Of a stretch of DNA of 64,000 nt, positions 59,337 to 64,000 are shown piece after piece. The notes under the pieces were generated by a model. That model worked only from the letters and a program-made list of their open reading frames with translations. It had not been told where the DNA came from and did no database searches. Source of the DNA: an uncultured Polaribacter sp. (GTDB lineage: Bacteria > Bacteroidota > Bacteroidia > Flavobacteriales > Flavobacteriaceae); the NCBI GenBank assembly GCA_964275545.1, contig CAXYCO010000010.1, positions 13,968 through 77,967 on the forward strand. The letters run 5' to 3'. Each line of letters begins with the position of its first letter. Position 1 is the stretch's first letter. The position numbers and the translations under genes are program-made.

Positions 59337-60467
59337 ATGAAAATAGGAATAGTATGTTATCCAACATTCGGAGGAAGTGGTGTAGTGGCAACGGAATTAG
59401 GAATGGCGTTGGCAGATAAAGGGCACGAAGTTCATTTTATTACTTATACTCAACCAGTTCGTCTAGATTTTTTGTCACATAACTTACATTTTCATCAAGT
59501 AGTGATAGAAGAATATCCCTTGTTTCAGTACCAACCTTATGAATTAGCATTGTCTAGTAAAATGGTAGAAGTTGTGGAGAAACACGATCTAGAAGTATTG
59601 CATGTCCATTATGCAATTCCCCATGCTTATGCTGCGTTTATGGCAAAAAAGATGTTAAGGGAAAAAGGAATTCATGTAAAAGTAGTAACTACTTTGCACG
59701 GAACAGATATTACACTTGTAGGAAGCCATCCAACGTATAAAACGGCAGTAGAATTTAGTATTAATAATTCTGATATTGTTACAGCAGTTTCAAAAAACCT
59801 GAAGCAAACTACAAATAGGCTTTTTAATATCAAAAATGATATTAAAGTAGTTTATAATTTTATTGATGTAGAAAAGTATGATTTATTAAAAGAGACTGAA
59901 TGTAAAAGAATTGCATTAGCAAAGCCAAATGAGAGAATTTTAACACATATTAGTAATTTTAGACCTGTAAAAAGGGTAGAAGATGTCATCAAGGTTTTTT
60001 ATGAAGTAAATAAAGAGATTCCCTCCAAATTATTAATGATTGGTGAAGGACCCGAAAGAATTAAAGCTGAAAGTCTAGTAAATAAACTAAAGATTTCTGA
60101 TGATGTTATTTTTTTAGGCAATAGCAATGAAGTAGCAAAAATTTTATGTTATTCTGATGTGTTTTTATTGCCCTCAGAAACTGAGAGTTTTGGTCTGGCA
60201 GCACTAGAGGCTATGGCAGCTAAAACAGCAGTAATATCTACAAATACAGGTGGTTTACCTGAAGTAAATATTCATGGAGAAACAGGTTTTTTAAGTGATT
60301 TAGGAAATATAGAAGACATGGCTAGAAACGCAATTTCCATATTACAAGATGATAAAACTTTGAATCGTTTTAAAGAGAATGCAAAAGAACATACCAAAAG
60401 GTTTTCATTAGAAAATATCTTACCCGTGTATGAAGATATCTATAAGTCTTGTTCTGTAAAGGTTTAA
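59337..60467 (+). CDS. bshA: N-acetyl-alpha-D-glucosaminyl L-malate synthase (GT4)
   Basis: MKIGIVCYPTFGGSGVVATELG, HVHYAIPHA, TTLHGTDIT, SNFRPVKR, ESFGLAALEAM. Confidence 0.95.
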   Translation: MKIGIVCYPTFGGSGVVATELGMALADKGHEVHFITYTQPVRLDFLSHNLHFHQVVIEEYPLFQYQPYELALSSKMVEVVEKHDLEVLHVHYAIPHAYAAFMAKKMLREKGIHVKVVTTLHGTDITLVGSHPTYKTAVEFSINNSDIVTAVSKNLKQTTNRLFNIKNDIKVVYNFIDVEKYDLLKETECKRIALAKPNERILTHISNFRPVKRVEDVIKVFYEVNKEIPSKLLMIGEGPERIKAESLVNKLKISDDVIFLGNSNEVAKILCYSDVFLLPSETESFGLAALEAMAAKTAVISTNTGGLPEVNIHGETGFLSDLGNIEDMARNAISILQDDKTLNRFKENAKEHTKRFSLENILPVYEDIYKSCSVKV

Positions 60468-61522
60468 GAATTATAAAACTCCATACTTTCAATAATTAAT
60501 TCCTCAGGTACTTTACAGTCCAGCTTGTGGTCTTCATAATCTTTTAGAAGTACAAAGTTAACCTGACCGTTTACATTCTTTTTATCATGTTTTAAAAATT
60601 CTAAGATCAAAGAAAAATCTTTTTTTAGTAAAATAGTTTTATCATAAATAGATAAAATAGTTTCTTTAATAGTCATCAACTTACTTTCAGGAAAGCTTAA
60701 AAGCTTGTTAGAAATATAACTTTCGCATACCATTCCAATGGCAATTGATTCACCGTGTGTTAGGTTCTCTTTATCGTCAGATTCTAAATAAAAAGACTCA
60801 ATTGCATGTCCAATTGTATGGCCGAAATTTAATATTTTTCGTAGGTTATTTTCTCTGGGATCTTTTAAAACAACCTCGTTCTTTATCTCTATAGATCTAT
60901 ATATTAAATCATTGATTTTTAAGTTTTTATTAATGTTTATTTCATTAAAAAGTTTAATATCATAAGTTACCCCATATTTAATAATTTCTGCGATTCCAGA
61001 TTTGATTTCTCGTTCTGTTACAGTTGTTAAATATTCTGTATCTACAATAACCATTTCAGGATTTGAAAACAGTCCAATTTGATTTTTTAGTACGCCTAAA
61101 TCAACTCCAGTTTTCCCACCTACAGATGCATCTACCATTGACAATAAAGTTGTAGGAACATTCACAAAATCAATTCCACGTTTATAGGTAGAAGCAACAA
61201 AACCACCTAAATCTGTAATTACACCACCACCAAGTGTTATTAAGAGGCTTTTTCTATCTCCTTCTAGTTCTGTAATAGCTGTCCAAACACCAATACAAGT
61301 TTCTATGTTTTTATTAATTTCACCTGCTTCTATTTCTATGACCTCAATGATTGTATCTGTTTTTAAATTTGGTATAAATTTAGGATAACAAAATTCCATT
61401 GTATTTTCATCAACTAAAATAAAGATTCTAGAATACTCATTTCGAATTATTAAATTAGAAAGTTCTAAATATGCTTTTTCTTGAAAATGAACTGGATATG
61501 ATTCAGCTTGGATGGTTTTCAT
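60464..61522 (-). CDS. aroB: 3-dehydroquinate synthase
   Basis: GGGVITDLGGF, PTTLLSMVDASVGGKTG, LNFGHTIGHA, HGE, DKK. Confidence 0.96.
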   Translation of the reverse strand: MKTIQAESYPVHFQEKAYLELSNLIIRNEYSRIFILVDENTMEFCYPKFIPNLKTDTIIEVIEIEAGEINKNIETCIGVWTAITELEGDRKSLLITLGGGVITDLGGFVASTYKRGIDFVNVPTTLLSMVDASVGGKTGVDLGVLKNQIGLFSNPEMVIVDTEYLTTVTEREIKSGIAEIIKYGVTYDIKLFNEININKNLKINDLIYRSIEIKNEVVLKDPRENNLRKILNFGHTIGHAIESFYLESDDKENLTHGESIAIGMVCESYISNKLLSFPESKLMTIKETILSIYDKTILLKKDFSLILEFLKHDKKNVNGQVNFVLLKDYEDHKLDCKVPEELIIESMEFYNS

Positions 61523-61610
61523 AAATAAAATATTAAGTGTGCAAATTAAATAGAAAAAATTGAATTATTACTAGTTGATACTTATCTTTGTTATAATTAA
61601 AATTTATCTG

Positions 61611-62771
61611 ATGAACCTTTTTGACAACACTGAAATAGCTTTTTCTTTAAAATCTGATTCTGAATTAGAACGTGCTTACTTTTTATTTAGGATGATACAA
61701 AATCAACCAATGGTTAAAATTGGAACTGCTGTTACAAACTTTGCATTAAAAGCACATTTACCAGTTGAAGGTTTAATTAAATATACTGTTTTTGATCATT
61801 TTTGTGGTGGAGTAACAGAGGGTGACTGTTTGCCAACTATTGATAAAATATTTACAAAAAATGTACATTCTATATTAGACTATTCTGTTGAAGGTAAGGA
61901 AGATGAAGCTAGTTTTGATGATGCTTTAGCAAAAACTATAAAAACAATTAATTTTGCAGAAGAGAAGAAATCAATTCCTTATGCGGTTTTTAAGCCAACG
62001 GGTTTTGGTAGGTTTGCATTATATCAAAAAATATCGGAGGGTAAAACTTTAAATACAACAGAACAAGAAGAGTGGAATAGGGTAGTGGCTCGTTTTCATA
62101 AAGTTTGCAAATTAGCTTTAGATAAAGATGTTCCATTATTAATTGATGCAGAAGAAAGTTGGATGCAAAATTCTGCTGACGATTTAATTGAAGAATTAAT
62201 GGAAATTTACAACAAAGAAAAAGCCATTGTTTTCAATACCCTTCAAATGTATCGTCATGATAGAATGGACTACTTAAAGGCATTGTATTTAAGAGCACAA
62301 AAAAAAGGGTTTTATATTGGTATGAAAGTAGTTCGTGGTGCATACATGGAAAAAGAGAGGGAAAGAGCTGATTTTAAAGGATACACATCACCTATCTGCA
62401 AGAATAAAAAAGCTACTGATGATAACTACAACACCGCTATTTCATACATGATGGAACATCCTAAATTAGCATTGTTTGCAGGAACCCATAATGAAGAAAG
62501 CTCTGCTTTAGTTATGGATCTTGCTAAAAAGTATAAGATTAAATCAGGTGATATGCGTTTATGGTTTGGTCAATTATACGGGATGAGCGATCATTTAAGC
62601 TATAATTTAGCAAATGAAGGTTATAATGTTGCAAAATATGTTCCTTTTGGACCCGTTAGAGACGTTATGCCATACCTAATTAGAAGAGCAGAGGAGAATA
62701 CTTCAGTTGCCGGTCAGACTAGCAGAGAATTAAACTTAATCAAAACAGAACGTAAGCGAAGAAGACTATAA
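61611..62771 (+). CDS. Monofunctional proline dehydrogenase
   Basis: FDHFCGG, LDYSVE, IDAEESW, VRGAY, GTHN, GQLYGM, KYVPFG, YLIRRAEEN; start at MNLFDNT. Confidence 0.93.
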   Translation: MNLFDNTEIAFSLKSDSELERAYFLFRMIQNQPMVKIGTAVTNFALKAHLPVEGLIKYTVFDHFCGGVTEGDCLPTIDKIFTKNVHSILDYSVEGKEDEASFDDALAKTIKTINFAEEKKSIPYAVFKPTGFGRFALYQKISEGKTLNTTEQEEWNRVVARFHKVCKLALDKDVPLLIDAEESWMQNSADDLIEELMEIYNKEKAIVFNTLQMYRHDRMDYLKALYLRAQKKGFYIGMKVVRGAYMEKERERADFKGYTSPICKNKKATDDNYNTAISYMMEHPKLALFAGTHNEESSALVMDLAKKYKIKSGDMRLWFGQLYGMSDHLSYNLANEGYNVAKYVPFGPVRDVMPYLIRRAEENTSVAGQTSRELNLIKTERKRRRL

Positions 62772-63095
62772 AAGGCTGCTATATTTTTTTTTATTAGTTT
62801 TATTGGATATTTCTCTAATTATTTGGGGATGCTGTAAAATAAAAAGTTGATGTATAGTTGTCCATATTTTTATTTCAATTGTAGCTCTCATAAATTATTT
62901 ATAACGCACTCCTTTGGAATTGAATTCATTCAATTTATTGCTAGAATACTTTAAATTAACTTATAAAGTACAATACTATTTGATACCATTCAGATAAAAA
63001 TTTATAGAACCATCATCTAATTTAAAAAAAAAAGATAAATTTGGTGTAAATCACTTCTAAACAACTACTTTTGCACGAAATTTAAGAAATTACAA

Positions 63096-64000
63096 ATGCA
63101 ATCAATAAGAAACATCGCTATTATAGCTCACGTTGACCACGGTAAAACAACATTAGTTGATAAAATCATAGATCAAGCAAAAATTTTAGACGATCGTAAA
63201 GAACGCAAAGATTTATTGTTAGACAATAATGATCTTGAACGTGAAAGAGGAATTACAATTCTTTCTAAAAACGTATCTGTAATGTACAAGGGTACAAAAA
63301 TCAATGTAATTGATACCCCTGGTCACGCCGATTTTGGTGGAGAAGTAGAGCGTGTATTAAAAATGGCTGATGGTGTTTTATTATTAGTTGATGCATTTGA
63401 AGGACCAATGCCACAAACCCGTTTTGTATTAGGTAAGGCTTTAGAGTTAGGATTAACTCCTATTGTAGTTGTAAATAAAGTAGATAAAGAAAACTGTACT
63501 CCTGACTTGGTTCACGAAAAAGTTTTTGATTTAATGTTTGCATTAGAGGCTACTGAAGAACAATTAGATTTTGCTACCGTCTATGGTTCTGCAAAAAACA
63601 ATTGGATGAGCACTGATTGGAAAAATGAAACAGATAATATTATTCCATTGTTAGATGCTGTATTAGAGTCTATTCCAGAAACGAAGTACAATGAAGGAAC
63701 ACCACAAATGCAAATTACTTCTTTAGACTTTTCATCATTTACTGGTAGAATTGCTATTGGGCGTATTTTTCGTGGAGATTTAGAAGCTGGTAAAGATTAC
63801 ATGCTATGTAAAGCTGATGGATCAACTAAAAAGGTAAGAATTAAAGAATTGCATGTATTCGAAGGAATGGGCAAAGTTCAAGTTCAAAAAGTGCCTTGTG
63901 GAGATATTTGTGCTATTACCGGTATAGAAGGATTTGAAATTGGTGATACAATTGCAGATTTAGAAAATCCAGAAGCATTACCAAGAACAGAAATAGATCA
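63096..64000 (+). CDS. typA: Translational GTPase TypA/BipA, truncated by the window end (not in the ORF track)
   Basis: Hand translation [23 protein letters not shown]...[11 protein letters not shown]...[14 protein letters not shown]...NKVD; TACTTTTG promoter box at 63066-63073. Confidence 0.96.
   Translation, partial: MQSIRNIAIIAHVDHGKTTLVDKIIDQAKILDDRKERKDLLLDNNDLERERGITILSKNVSVMYKGTKINVIDTPGHADFGGEVERVLKMADGVLLLVDAFEGPMPQTRFVLGKALELGLTPIVVVNKVDKENCTPDLVHEKVFDLMFALEATEEQLDFATVYGSAKNNWMSTDWKNETDNIIPLLDAVLESIPETKYNEGTPQMQITSLDFSSFTGRIAIGRIFRGDLEAGKDYMLCKADGSTKKVRIKELHVFEGMGKVQVQKVPCGDICAITGIEGFEIGDTIADLENPEALPRTEID

Noticed and set aside
62766-62891. 41-aa minus-strand ORF MRATIEIKIWTT...KKYSSLL
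   Set aside because: No motif or clear promoter, overlaps the proline dehydrogenase stop, and could arise by chance
1-64000. CRISPR array, IS elements, rRNA, riboswitches
   Set aside because: No spaced repeats, transposase ORFs, rRNA-like stretches or recognisable riboswitch cores seen by eye; an Rfam scan would be needed to exclude ncRNAs

Overview
AT-rich chromosomal segment from a Flavobacteriaceae (Bacteroidota, Polaribacter/Tenacibaculum-like) genome. The assignment rests on gene content (porX-tsaE, fused lpxC-fabZ, bshA/bshB1) and on TAnnTTTG promoters. Most of it is core genome: a MacAB-type ABC exporter, lipid A genes, efp, sucD, fabG, uvrA, dnaB, aroB, proline dehydrogenase, typA and one tRNA-His. 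I saw no mobile element, CRISPR array or rRNA. The most interesting region is an accessory module next to tRNA-His (14952-20068). It has a lipoprotein with an apparently degenerate His/Cys protease-like fold, its own promoter with a LytTR-type 10-bp direct repeat, a structured leader and a terminator. It is followed by a separately promoted operon of sensor kinase, Tat metallophosphoesterase and LytTR regulator. Other points: a 47-aa ORF after the ECF sigma gene that the ORF track missed, an alanine dehydrogenase-like protein lacking catalytic residues, a methyltransferase between efp and a second lpxD, three homopolymer frameshifts (probably assembly errors), many near-leaderless promoters and a DnaA-box-like array before dnaB. 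All product calls come from motif recognition by eye; no database searches were run.
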